DNA of 35,421 nt from a virus (IMGVR_UViG_3300032373_000065:1-35421), one strand, 5' to 3'; positions 26,440 through 35,310 are shown, counted from the stretch's first letter. Notes: generated by a model from the sequence alone, not told the origin. Numbers and translations: made by a program.

Positions 26440-26791
26440 GCCGCCGCTAGAAAACCCAGGTCAAAGATGGTTTTTGAATTTATATAACTTTATTACAGAC
26501 AATCGAAGACAAGTGTTAACTGTAAGCGGGTCAGTAAAAGAAAACAAAGAATCATTAGAAATAAACGGAACGACAATAGCCGCGACTATTGCAGAAACTA
26601 AAAATCATTCCGGCTTGTTTGTTGCTAAAAGCTTAAGTATTGGTATTCATACTGTGACACTAACCGCCGGAACTTGGGACGGTACAAACACAGTTGCAAC
26701 ATTTAACGCGGTTGGTGATTTTTTAGCGGTTTATTTTGATTCAAATGGTGACGGTTCAATTATTAATAATAACGGTGTAGTCCTTAGTTAA
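26429..26791 (+). CDS. Hypothetical virion protein
   Basis: Beta-rich ORF in the tail module. Confidence 0.6.
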   Translation: MSLEPPLENPGQRWFLNLYNFITDNRRQVLTVSGSVKENKESLEINGTTIAATIAETKNHSGLFVAKSLSIGIHTVTLTAGTWDGTNTVATFNAVGDFLAVYFDSNGDGSIINNNGVVLS

Positions 26792-26809
26792 CGTCGTGAT
26801 GACGTGAGG
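26788..26809 (+). promoter_or_regulatory. Conserved late hairpin, copy 4
   Basis: TTA-ACGTC-GTGAT-GACGT-GAGG; SD immediately 3' of the stem. Confidence 0.75.
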
Positions 26810-26816
26810 TGATGAT

Positions 26817-27839
26817 ATGGGTGGTTTTGGCGATTTCTTTGATACCGTTGTTACGGTGGGGTCACTTGGCCTGGTTAATCCGGGCGCGGACGATGCAGCG
26901 GACGCGCAGATAGCCTCGCAAGATAGGCAAATAGAAGCAACTGATCAACAGTTTGAGCAAACAAGAGCAGATAATTTACCGTTTTTAGAAGCGGGGACAG
27001 GTGCGTTAAGTGATTTTCAAAATCTAATTAATAAAGGTCCAAAAGCTCCGACTGTTCCTATTTTTAATGGTGAAGCTGTAGCCGCGCCCACATTAGATCG
27101 TTTTAATGGTAGTGCTGTTAATGCGCCCACATTAAATCAATTTACAAACAATTCAAATATTAAAGACTTTGATTTTGATGTGAACAAAGTATTAGACAGC
27201 CCTAGGTTTAATTTCATGCGTGAACAGGGCGAAATACAACAAGACCGTGTAGCTGGTAAAAATAGAAATTTAGGTTCAGGTCAGCGGTTAATCGATGCGG
27301 CTAAATTTGGTCAGGGTTTAGCGACTAACGAAATTAACAATGAATTTAACCGACAATTAACAGAAGTTCAGCAAAACAATCAATCAAGTAATCAGCGTTT
27401 TAATAATGACTTTACAACCAATCAGGCAAATAATTTAACAGCGGGTAATCAGTTCGATTTCAATAATCAAAACCTTCAAAGCAGAATTTCACTAAATGAC
27501 CTAGCCAATAACCAAGCCATTCAGCAGCAAGGCTTAAATAGACAAAATTTAAATGATCGTATGACTTTAGATAACCTAAACAACAGCAGAACATTACAGA
27601 ACTTTAACCTTCAGAATGACCAGTTTAACAGCCGTTTAAACCGTCTGGCTGGGCTAATTGATGTAGGTCGAGGCACGGGCACTGCTTTGGGTAATTTCGG
27701 AGCTAACGCAACTAATAGCAATAACCAGAACATTCAAAATATGGGTGATATTAGAGCAGCGCAAGAGCTTGCGCCCGTTAATTCCTTCCTTAACTTTGTA
27801 AATACGGGCGCTAACGTTGTGGGCGCGTTCAATAAATAG
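26817..27839 (+). CDS. DNA ejection (transfer) protein, gp7-like, N/Q-rich
   Basis: ADDAADAQIASQ...QFEQTRADNLPFLEAG; SPRFNF; KFGQGLA; LNRLAGL. Confidence 0.75.
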   Translation: MGGFGDFFDTVVTVGSLGLVNPGADDAADAQIASQDRQIEATDQQFEQTRADNLPFLEAGTGALSDFQNLINKGPKAPTVPIFNGEAVAAPTLDRFNGSAVNAPTLNQFTNNSNIKDFDFDVNKVLDSPRFNFMREQGEIQQDRVAGKNRNLGSGQRLIDAAKFGQGLATNEINNEFNRQLTEVQQNNQSSNQRFNNDFTTNQANNLTAGNQFDFNNQNLQSRISLNDLANNQAIQQQGLNRQNLNDRMTLDNLNNSRTLQNFNLQNDQFNSRLNRLAGLIDVGRGTGTALGNFGANATNSNNQNIQNMGDIRAAQELAPVNSFLNFVNTGANVVGAFNK

Positions 27840-27848
27840 GTGTAACAA

Positions 27849-29012
27849 ATGGCACGACCAATAACGCAAAGTATTTTAAATCAATTGTCTAATCCTCACG
27901 GGCAGCAACTGGCCCAATTAGGCCAAACTGCTAACAGGCTCGGACAGCAAAACAGGCAATCAAAACTTAATCAGTTAAATTCTCAGTCTATTAAGTTGCA
28001 GCAAGAAAAAGTAAAAGCTGATTTATTTAAGGCTAATGCACCTGTTATTCATTCAGGGCTAACTCAACTTAAAGATGTTCCTTTAGAGCAAAGATTTGAA
28101 GCAGCTCAAGAGCTGTTTAAGGGTGTGCCTGGTATTTCAGAATTGATCGACGACCCTGAAGATTTTACGGACGAAAAGATAAGCCGGAATTTGAATTTTA
28201 CGGGTCAGTTAATGGCAAATTCAAATAAAAGAAATAATCCTGCTACTAAGGCATTTGCTCCGGTATTGGTTGAGAACGATGAGGGCGAAAAGAAGTTAGT
28301 TATTCCAACGTTCAACCCAAATACAAACAAAGCGGAGTTATCCGCTGTCGACATGAAAAACGGCTTTAGGCTTGCCAAAGAAACAGGTCAAGAAAAAAGA
28401 GAAGCGGACGTTCAAGCAAAAATCAAAACCAAAAGAGGCGAAGCAACCGCAAAAAGCCAGGCTGAGCGTAGAGAAGATCAAATAAATCAAGGCTTAGATG
28501 CTGCTGATGGTTTCGCCAATGTCGAAAGAGCTTTAACGCTTATGAATAATGTTGAAACAGGCGGGATAGATAATGCGTCATTAAAAGCAAAGCAGTTCTT
28601 TGGTATTGAAGGAGCTGACGAGGCCGAACTATCTAATCGAATGGGTAAAGCTGTTTTAAGCCAATTGCGCGCAACTTTTGGTGCTGCATTTACAGCGGCG
28701 GAGGGAAAGCAATTACAAGTTATTGAGGCTGGCTTTGGTAAATCTACAGAAGGCAACAGACGTTTATTAGAGCAAACAAAGCGAATTATTTTAAGGTCTG
28801 CAAGGCGTGGCATTCGTGCCGCAAAAGCTACAGGCGATCTTGATACAGTTGCAGACATTGAAGAGGCTTTAGCGTTTACACTGGATGACAAACCAGAACA
28901 GCCTAAGCAAGCGCTACCCCAAATAAACGAACAAGGCTGGCAATTAATGACAGACGGGCAGGGCAATCAAGCCTATGTCGGGCCTAATAACGAAGTTCAG
29001 GAAGTGAAATAA
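27849..29012 (+). CDS. DNA ejection protein (gp20-like)
   Basis: Q-rich N-terminus, helical; synteny. Confidence 0.65.
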   Translation: MARPITQSILNQLSNPHGQQLAQLGQTANRLGQQNRQSKLNQLNSQSIKLQQEKVKADLFKANAPVIHSGLTQLKDVPLEQRFEAAQELFKGVPGISELIDDPEDFTDEKISRNLNFTGQLMANSNKRNNPATKAFAPVLVENDEGEKKLVIPTFNPNTNKAELSAVDMKNGFRLAKETGQEKREADVQAKIKTKRGEATAKSQAERREDQINQGLDAADGFANVERALTLMNNVETGGIDNASLKAKQFFGIEGADEAELSNRMGKAVLSQLRATFGAAFTAAEGKQLQVIEAGFGKSTEGNRRLLEQTKRIILRSARRGIRAAKATGDLDTVADIEEALAFTLDDKPEQPKQALPQINEQGWQLMTDGQGNQAYVGPNNEVQEVK

Positions 29013-30796
29013 TGGCTTTTGATTTATCTACAGCAAAACCAGTAGAGACTCAAAAACAAGGCGGTTTTGATTTGTCTACGGCTAAACCTGTTCAGCAACC
29101 AGAGCAACCACAACAGCAGTCAGAAGACTTTCCAGGGGCCGGATTTATTGAGCCAGCGGCAACGGTTGCCAGTGCGATTCCTGCTGAGATTTTAGGCGGT
29201 TTATCTACGCTTTTACCTATGGCTATGGGCGACCCTGACAAAGCAGAAGCAAACCTAAATGCAATGCGCGAATTAATCCAGTTTCAACCTAAGACAGAAG
29301 CAGGTAAAGAGGGCTTAAAATCTTTGGGAGAAACATTAGAACCAGTTACAGATGTGTTGCAAACTGTTGAGGATAAATTCAGTCAATCAGGCGCTCAAAC
29401 TTTTGACGCTTTAGGATTAAGTCCTGCTGTTGGCGCTGGTGCGGGTGCAGCATTGCCAGAAGCTATTGCAAGCGCTTTAGGGTTTAGCGTAGCGAAAAAA
29501 GCAGCAAAAATACCGTCTGTTAAAAAAGTGGCGGACACTTTAAACGATTTACCACTTAATGCTGAAACAGCAATAAAAAACCTACCAGCCACAACCGCTA
29601 AAGCAGCAGATAATACTAAAAAAATATTTACAGAGCAAAGTCAACTAAAACAGGCTATTGCAAAGCAAATAGAGTTCGGAGGCACAGATAAAAATCTAGC
29701 TAAATTTATTGTTAATGGTGCTGGTAAAGTTAAGAAAGACAAGCTTGCAATTGAGTCTATAAAACAAGGGTTTGATGAGGGCGTTATCGCAGCGGTAAAA
29801 GGCTCAAATGCTTCAGATAAATCAAGACTTTTAAAGATGGTCAACATAATGGAGAGAGGTAAAAATAATGCTTTATTTGCTACGAAACATCGACCTACCG
29901 ATATTGCCGGAGATTCGTTAGTGTCACGTATCAATTATGTTAGAAACGTGAATAAAGAAGCTGGCTCAAGGCTTGATTCAATCGCCAAATCTCTAAAGGG
30001 CCAGCGTGTTGATTTCTCCCCAGCTGTACAGAATTTTATTAAAAAGCTAGACGATATAGGTGTTGAATTTGATGCAGATATAACGCCAAAATTTGGAAAC
30101 TCGTCTATTGATGGCGTCGACTCTGCTGAAAAGATTGTAACAAAAATGATAAAAAGGCTTAAGTCAGGCGGTAGAGGGCAAGCTCCAGATGCTTATGACT
30201 TACACATACTTAAAAAATTTATAGATGAAAACGTAACCTTTGGAAAATCTGGCGAAGGCTTAAAAGGTAAAACAAAAACAATCTTAAAAGAGCTTAGACA
30301 TGACATTGATACTATTTTAGATAACAACTTTAAAAAATACGACCAGGTTAATACGCGCTTTGCTGACACTATCGAGTCATTGAATTTACTAAAAGACGAA
30401 GCAGGTAAGAAAATTGATATTTTAGGTAAAAATGCTGACAAATCTACAGGTCAATTATTGCGCGGAATGATGAGCAATAATAAGGGGCGTATCGCATTAG
30501 TTGAGGCCGTTGATTCTTTGGAGTCTACAGCTAAAAAATACGGCGCGAAATTTAAAGATGATATTGCAACTCAGATGTTATTTGCTGATGAACTCGACTC
30601 GGTATTTGGCCCAGTGGCTAAAACGTCTTTAGCTGGTGAGGTTGGGAAAGCGACAAGGAAAAGCGCTGAAGTTGTTACGGGTAGACGCGGCCCTTTGGAT
30701 GCTGCGCTTGATTTAGGTGAAGCAGGTTTAAATAAGGTCAGAGGAGTAGATGAAAAGGGCGCTTTTAAATCTATAAAAGAGCTATTAAGACGTTAA
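29012..30796 (+). CDS. DNA ejection protein (gp16-like)
   Basis: 594 aa, A/K-rich helical; FDLSTAKPV twice; synteny. Confidence 0.65.
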   Translation: MAFDLSTAKPVETQKQGGFDLSTAKPVQQPEQPQQQSEDFPGAGFIEPAATVASAIPAEILGGLSTLLPMAMGDPDKAEANLNAMRELIQFQPKTEAGKEGLKSLGETLEPVTDVLQTVEDKFSQSGAQTFDALGLSPAVGAGAGAALPEAIASALGFSVAKKAAKIPSVKKVADTLNDLPLNAETAIKNLPATTAKAADNTKKIFTEQSQLKQAIAKQIEFGGTDKNLAKFIVNGAGKVKKDKLAIESIKQGFDEGVIAAVKGSNASDKSRLLKMVNIMERGKNNALFATKHRPTDIAGDSLVSRINYVRNVNKEAGSRLDSIAKSLKGQRVDFSPAVQNFIKKLDDIGVEFDADITPKFGNSSIDGVDSAEKIVTKMIKRLKSGGRGQAPDAYDLHILKKFIDENVTFGKSGEGLKGKTKTILKELRHDIDTILDNNFKKYDQVNTRFADTIESLNLLKDEAGKKIDILGKNADKSTGQLLRGMMSNNKGRIALVEAVDSLESTAKKYGAKFKDDIATQMLFADELDSVFGPVAKTSLAGEVGKATRKSAEVVTGRRGPLDAALDLGEAGLNKVRGVDEKGAFKSIKELLRR

Positions 30797-30924
30797 AACC
30801 ACTTATCTTTAATAACCGTCCCTATTAACCAAAGAGCTTCAACAGCAACATAACCAGCCGCGAAATACGGGTTAATTATATAAAGAAGAAGAGTCGTGAT
30901 AATGAAAAATTGTCCGTGTCTCAT
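30793..30924 (-). CDS. 43-aa hydrophobic membrane peptide, antisense to the late operon (sieA-position moron; not in ORF track)
   Basis: MRHGQFFIITTLLLYIINPYFAAGYVAVEALWLIGTVIKDKWF; TATAAT six bases before the ATG. Confidence 0.6.
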   Translation of the reverse strand: MRHGQFFIITTLLLYIINPYFAAGYVAVEALWLIGTVIKDKWF

Positions 30925-30980
30925 TCGTCGATTATAACCACAAAACACCAACAATTAAAAACAGAAACAAAAACAACAAC

Positions 30981-31002
30981 TTAACGTCGTGATGACGTGA
31001 GG
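30981..31002 (+). promoter_or_regulatory. Conserved late hairpin, copy 5
   Basis: Exact 22-nt match to 26788-26809; abuts the tail-fibre RBS. Confidence 0.75.
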
Positions 31003-31007
31003 CAACT

Positions 31008-32270
31008 ATGAGCAATATCACACTAAGAGCGACCAAAGGCGTTGATTTAACGCAATCAGAGCTTGACGCGAATTTTAAAAAAGCGGCCCAGGCTAAGATT
31101 TCTAATTACACGATTGTTGAAGCTGACAATCGAGACACAGTTGAATTTACTGGTACTTTTACCGCGACTTTGCCGGATGCTACAGCGATTGCCGCGGCTT
31201 CTGACACAGGTGATTTTGAAGTAACGATTAAAAATATAAGCACTGGAACTATCACTATAGGTCGAGCTAATGCGCTAGATACAATAGACGGAACGGCTGC
31301 GGATATTTCGTTGACTGAGAATGAGTTTGCTTGTTTAAAAGTAAATCAAGCTGGAACTGGTTACAATATTATCAGTATCTCCAATGACAGTAATGCTGAC
31401 ACCGTTGACGGTTTAGAGGCCAGTCAGTTCTTAAGGGCTGATGCTAATACTGTGGCTACTGGTAATTTAACGATAACGAATGCCGCGCCTCAATTAATCC
31501 TTAATGAAACGGATGGAGGACTAGACCAGAAGAAATGGAAGCTACTTGCAAACACTGAAGCACTTCAAGGAACAGCAGTAGATGATGCTGATGCTAATGC
31601 TGCTACATGGCTTATTGTTCAAAGATCGGGAACGGGGTCAAGTGTATCAATAGATTCAATTTCTTTAGGCGGGACAATTATAAATCTAGCCGGCACATTT
31701 CAATATAACGGCGTATCAGTAACCTCAACAGCAGCAAAATTAAATTACAACGACATAGCCACGTTAGGCACAGTAGAAGCAAGTAAGACAGTTACAGCAG
31801 ATGCTAGTGGGAATACAAATTTCCCAGCAACTAAAGGGGTAACTTTAGGTGGTGGCACTGATGTTTTGTCTGAGTACGAAGAAGGAACTTGGACACCAAC
31901 ATTGCAGGATGCAAGTCTAAGTGATGCAGAGGGGCAGACCTACAGTGCCAATGGACAAGTTGGAGAATATACAAGGATTGGTAATATTGTTTTTTTCTCT
32001 GGATATTTGAGTGTAACAAGTATTGGTACAACAGGAGGGGATGCGCGTATCGCTGGCCTTCCCTTTACGTCAAAGAACACTACTAATTTATATCATGGAT
32101 TTTCTATAGGTGACAACAATTTAAGCGCACTATCAAATGAAATTTTCGGGTTAATGTGGCCCAATACGAACTATTTCTATTTAACTAGAGAGGGGAGCAT
32201 TAAGCTAACGGTGAATGATTTCAATACAAGCGGTGATAATATCAAGTTTAGTGGGCATTATCAGATTTAG
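31008..32270 (+). CDS. Tail fibre / receptor-binding protein
   Basis: ITLRATKGVDLTQSELDANF N-terminus; ADTVDGLEASQFLRAD; YEEGTWTP...YTRIGN...GLPF C-terminal domain. Confidence 0.8.
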   Translation: MSNITLRATKGVDLTQSELDANFKKAAQAKISNYTIVEADNRDTVEFTGTFTATLPDATAIAAASDTGDFEVTIKNISTGTITIGRANALDTIDGTAADISLTENEFACLKVNQAGTGYNIISISNDSNADTVDGLEASQFLRADANTVATGNLTITNAAPQLILNETDGGLDQKKWKLLANTEALQGTAVDDADANAATWLIVQRSGTGSSVSIDSISLGGTIINLAGTFQYNGVSVTSTAAKLNYNDIATLGTVEASKTVTADASGNTNFPATKGVTLGGGTDVLSEYEEGTWTPTLQDASLSDAEGQTYSANGQVGEYTRIGNIVFFSGYLSVTSIGTTGGDARIAGLPFTSKNTTNLYHGFSIGDNNLSALSNEIFGLMWPNTNYFYLTREGSIKLTVNDFNTSGDNIKFSGHYQI

Positions 32271-32340
32271 AAGATATAGCATATAAATGTTTAGTTGTAA
32301 CTCATGTGGGAGCGCATAGTGCAATAAAAATAAACAACAT

Positions 32341-32363
32341 AGCCCCTTGATTGGGGTTTTTTT
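32341..32363 (+). terminator. Terminator after tail fibre
   Basis: AGCCCC-TTGATT-GGGGTT followed by TTTTT. Confidence 0.7.
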
Positions 32364-32387
32364 GTGGGCGAATAACAAGGCCAGAGA

Positions 32388-32804
32388 ATGAGCGCAGAAG
32401 CAGACCTTTTATCATACGGCTGGCCGACTCTTTTGGCGGCTTCATTTTTAACAGTTTCGGCAAGATATTTATTAATTGAAATAAAAAACAAGCGAGCAAC
32501 TAATGACAGAAGCGGAGATTCACCAATACTTACCTCGATCAATGAATCACTTAAATCAATTAGACAAATCTGTAGAGAGATTATCGATGCTAACGCGCAA
32601 ATACTCGCGCAGGCAAATGATATTGATGCGACTGAAGATGATATTAAAAAAGAATTGGAAAGAGTTTACAGGGTGGTTTCTGATCTTAACGATATTCTTA
32701 AAAATCCTTCCAGCCCTGCTAGTAATGTAAGAATAATCGACAAAGAAGACGAGATTATACAGTTATTAAACGACATTAAAATTCAGTTAGCGGGGCTTAA
32801 ATGA
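32388..32804 (+). CDS. Holin/antiholin-like protein (one TM plus coiled coil)
   Basis: N-terminal hydrophobic segment; directly upstream of the endolysin. Confidence 0.5.
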   Translation: MSAEADLLSYGWPTLLAASFLTVSARYLLIEIKNKRATNDRSGDSPILTSINESLKSIRQICREIIDANAQILAQANDIDATEDDIKKELERVYRVVSDLNDILKNPSSPASNVRIIDKEDEIIQLLNDIKIQLAGLK

Positions 32805-33229
32805 AAATATCAGAGCATTTTGATTTAAGGGAATTAGTTAACCCTCAAATGTACAATCATCCGGCTATCGGTAATAGATCAGCGGACTTTTTAAATGTTA
32901 ACACAGGGAAAACGCTGGAAGACCTTAGAGCCGATTTCGGGCCGATTACCGTCAACGACTGGCACGTAGGCGGGAATTATAAAAACTCTGGCCTACGCTC
33001 TCCCAATTCAAGCGTTGGGGCTACATTTTCAGCCCATAAGTTCGGCACTGCTTTTGATTTAAAGTTTAAAGATCATAAAGCTGAATACGTTTATTTTCAC
33101 GTTTTAAACAATCAAGAAAAATATCTCTTCATTCGTCGCATGGAAAATGCAGAGCGGACTATTACCTGGTTGCATATCGAGATAAGTACAGAGGCCCGAA
33201 AGGGTGAAATAGCTATTTTTAACCCGTGA
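32801..33229 (+). CDS. Endolysin, peptidase M15-like
   Basis: SGLR, SAHKFGTAFD and WLHIE Zn-peptidase motifs. Confidence 0.8.
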   Translation: MKISEHFDLRELVNPQMYNHPAIGNRSADFLNVNTGKTLEDLRADFGPITVNDWHVGGNYKNSGLRSPNSSVGATFSAHKFGTAFDLKFKDHKAEYVYFHVLNNQEKYLFIRRMENAERTITWLHIEISTEARKGEIAIFNP

Positions 33230-33236
33230 GGAAATT

Positions 33237-33680
33237 ATGAAAAATTTAATACTTAAAAGGTGTTGTTTGTGGGTGGTATCTTTGGTTTTTTTGGCGTTGA
33301 TATTTTTGGGTAATCCTGCAAAAGCAGATATAACGCTAAACCCGAATGTGAGGGCGGATTTTACACTCAGCTGGATTCATCCAAGTACATATATTGATGA
33401 TTCGCCGCTACCCCGGGTAAATATACTTAGCACTGTTATCGAGGTTTCTCTGGATGGCGCAACCTGGACAGCGCTTCCCAATACAATCGATGAAACAACT
33501 GATTCATTGCCTAACGGCACAGCTAACTTGTTAACCGCTGCCCTAGCTGAAGGTGTTTACAGTTACAGGGTGTTAACGGTTGTTGTGGGTAATTTAATAT
33601 CAAGCCCATCAAATACCGCGCAGGTGACAGTTTTTATCCCAAAGCCGTCGGCGGCTCCATCCCTGTTAACAGTGGAATAG
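33237..33680 (+). CDS. Exported Fn3/Ig-like protein within the lysis cassette
   Basis: Signal peptide ending AKA-D; TLSW...YSYRV...SSPSN Fn3-like pattern. Confidence 0.55.
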   Translation: MKNLILKRCCLWVVSLVFLALIFLGNPAKADITLNPNVRADFTLSWIHPSTYIDDSPLPRVNILSTVIEVSLDGATWTALPNTIDETTDSLPNGTANLLTAALAEGVYSYRVLTVVVGNLISSPSNTAQVTVFIPKPSAAPSLLTVE

Positions 33681-33726
33681 AGCTTCTGCTTGCTTCAATA
33701 TTTGCATTTTTTGAGAGGATTAAATT

Positions 33727-33966
33727 ATGGATGCTGAAACTATACAGAAAGCTATTCCAACGCAAAAAACCCGATTAAATTGGCTTAAGGCTTTGTCTAT
33801 TGTGGCTACTTCCGCATGGCTGGCAACAATGGCAGGCTATATCACAACAGAGGCTAATATGGTTACGTTCGTTATGTGGGCCGAGTTTGAGAAATGGCTG
33901 TTTATATCTTACGGGGCAACAGAAGTTGGCTCTAAGTATTCTCATGCAGTTATGAATAAGCAATGA
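33727..33966 (+). CDS. Holin-like small membrane protein
   Basis: Two hydrophobic segments; GAGGA RBS. Confidence 0.5.
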   Translation: MDAETIQKAIPTQKTRLNWLKALSIVATSAWLATMAGYITTEANMVTFVMWAEFEKWLFISYGATEVGSKYSHAVMNKQ

Positions 33967-34376
33967 ATAAATATATATTAATCGGCTCTTTATGTGCTTG
34001 TTTAGGGGGGTTTTTCTACGGTGTAAAGGTCACTAATACTAAGTGGGTAGCCAAGACTCAAACAGCCATTAATGAGGCCGTAATTGAGGCTAGATTAGAA
34101 GAAAAAATTAAACAGGATAAAGTTAATGAAATACTTCAAACTCAAATCAATGATCTTAACTCCATTAATACTAACCTTAATAATAACATTGTCAGCTTGC
34201 GAAACCGTCCAAGTCGTCGGGTCGTGTCCGACAATCCCCAAACTAACTGCAAGGGTGCAAGTGGGCGAGAGCTTTCAAGAGAAGACTCGGAATTTCTTAC
34301 AAGGCAAGCTGCCAGAGCGGACACAATCAGAAGCGCCTTAAAATCCTGTTATTCCTATGTTGATTCAATACAGTAA
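33963..34376 (+). CDS. Rz: Inner-membrane spanin
   Basis: N-terminal TM, coiled coil, LSREDSEFLTRQAARAD...LKSC; contains an embedded lipoprotein ORF. Confidence 0.8.
   Translation: MNKYILIGSLCACLGGFFYGVKVTNTKWVAKTQTAINEAVIEARLEEKIKQDKVNEILQTQINDLNSINTNLNNNIVSLRNRPSRRVVSDNPQTNCKGASGRELSREDSEFLTRQAARADTIRSALKSCYSYVDSIQ
34150..34341 (+). CDS. Rz1: Outer-membrane spanin lipoprotein embedded in Rz
   Basis: MILTPLILTLIITLSAC lipobox in the +1 frame inside Rz (ORF track start 34126). Confidence 0.7.
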   Translation: MILTPLILTLIITLSACETVQVVGSCPTIPKLTARVQVGESFQEKTRNFLQGKLPERTQSEAP

Positions 34377-34563
34377 TTTATCTGTCATTCATTTGGGGGA
34401 TTTATAATATAGGGGAAAATACTATATTATAAATTAATTCAAATTATGACGAAATAAGGCAAAAAATTATAAGTTATGATGATTGATAGGTGGTGTTGAA
34501 TTAATTAACCAATAAGCCACCATATAGATAAGAAAAATAAAAAGTGGCATGGAGCTGTAGATT

Positions 34564-34935
34564 TTGGGGAAGTGGTTAAACATCGTTATAGTGGGCATTA
34601 TTGCCATTAACGCTTTATCATCCGTTTATTTTAAAGCGAGTGAGTTGAGCGAGTTTGCAATAATCAACGAATACACTGTGTCCTTGTTAATGTCGTTTGA
34701 TGATGACCCGATGACCGAATCAGACATGGAATTTTTGTGGGAAAACGAGATGGTTCCACATACTTATGACGCTCAAATCTACGACAACCAATACGATGAT
34801 AGCAATAAAATACCCGCCGCACCTATTCCCGCTATACTAACAATTGACACTTTAAAGCAGCATCAAGGGCGAATAATCTCGCCTCCATTCATAATAAATT
34901 TATACGAAAAACCGCCACCACTCCCGCCAGTCTAA
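34564..34935 (+). CDS. Moron-like membrane-anchored/exported protein with a Pro-rich C-terminus
   Basis: TTG start with GGAG RBS; hydrophobic N-terminus; AT-rich upstream region. Confidence 0.5.
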   Translation: MGKWLNIVIVGIIAINALSSVYFKASELSEFAIINEYTVSLLMSFDDDPMTESDMEFLWENEMVPHTYDAQIYDNQYDDSNKIPAAPIPAILTIDTLKQHQGRIISPPFIINLYEKPPPLPPV

Positions 34936-35036
34936 TTCCTTATTTCGCATATATTAAAATTTTGAGGGTGTCGAGACAGTACGCAAATACTGTCCCGACT
35001 ATCAACCCGCCACTTACGAAAATGAGGGATTAACAA

Positions 35037-35213
35037 ATGAATTATAACAAAGATGGTAATAAAAATGTCACAGAACTTAAAACAGTTAAAAAATTATTAG
35101 CACAGCACAGAGCCGAGAATAACAAAATAATAGATAAAATGGTTCGCTGTGTCATGGAGCGTGATTTTGATATTGAGAAGCGTTTGAAGCGGATTGGGAT
35201 AGAGCTGGATTAG
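35037..35213 (+). CDS. Small hypothetical protein (58 aa, not in ORF track) with a structured leader
   Basis: GAGGG RBS; MNYNKDGNKNVTELKTVKKLL...; hairpin at 34970-34999. Confidence 0.5.
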   Translation: MNYNKDGNKNVTELKTVKKLLAQHRAENNKIIDKMVRCVMERDFDIEKRLKRIGIELD

Positions 35214-35217
35214 AAAT

Positions 35218-35253
35218 AAAAAAAGGCGTAACCATTTATTGATTACGCCTTTT
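35218..35253. terminator. Bidirectional terminator-like inverted repeat
   Basis: AAAAGGCGTAA...TTACGCCTTTT. Confidence 0.6.
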
Positions 35254-35270
35254 ATTACGCCAAACCATCA

Positions 35271-35310
35271 TAAGTTATTGATAATCCGACTATAATTGGC
35301 TCCCCGACCT
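35271..35310 (-). other. attP: core resembling the tRNA-Asn 3' end plus an IHF site
   Basis: Minus strand AGGTCGGGGAGCCA (35310-35297); TATCAATAACTTA (35283-35271) matches WATCAANNNNTTR. Confidence 0.75.

Noticed and set aside
30893-30900. Sixth copy of the late hairpin (GTCGTGAT)
   Set aside because: Followed by AAT rather than GAC, so no stem forms; lies inside the antisense ORF
16277-31002. Late hairpins as N4-type virion RNA polymerase promoters or CRISPR/REP repeats
   Set aside because: No phage RNA polymerase, cas or RAYT gene; copies are dispersed and tied to RBSs
31008-32270. DGR or invertible tail-fibre switching
   Set aside because: No reverse transcriptase, template repeat, invertase or duplicated fibre tip seen
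477-34324. Antisense or shadow ORFs (e.g. 477-680, 8832-9347, 12526-12837, 19395-19712, 20936-21250, 28487-28966, 32291-32542)
   Set aside because: They overlap well-supported genes on the opposite strand, with no RBS or recognisable motif
34970-34980. GTCGAGAC as a late-hairpin copy
   Set aside because: Not followed by GAC; it belongs to a different, longer hairpin
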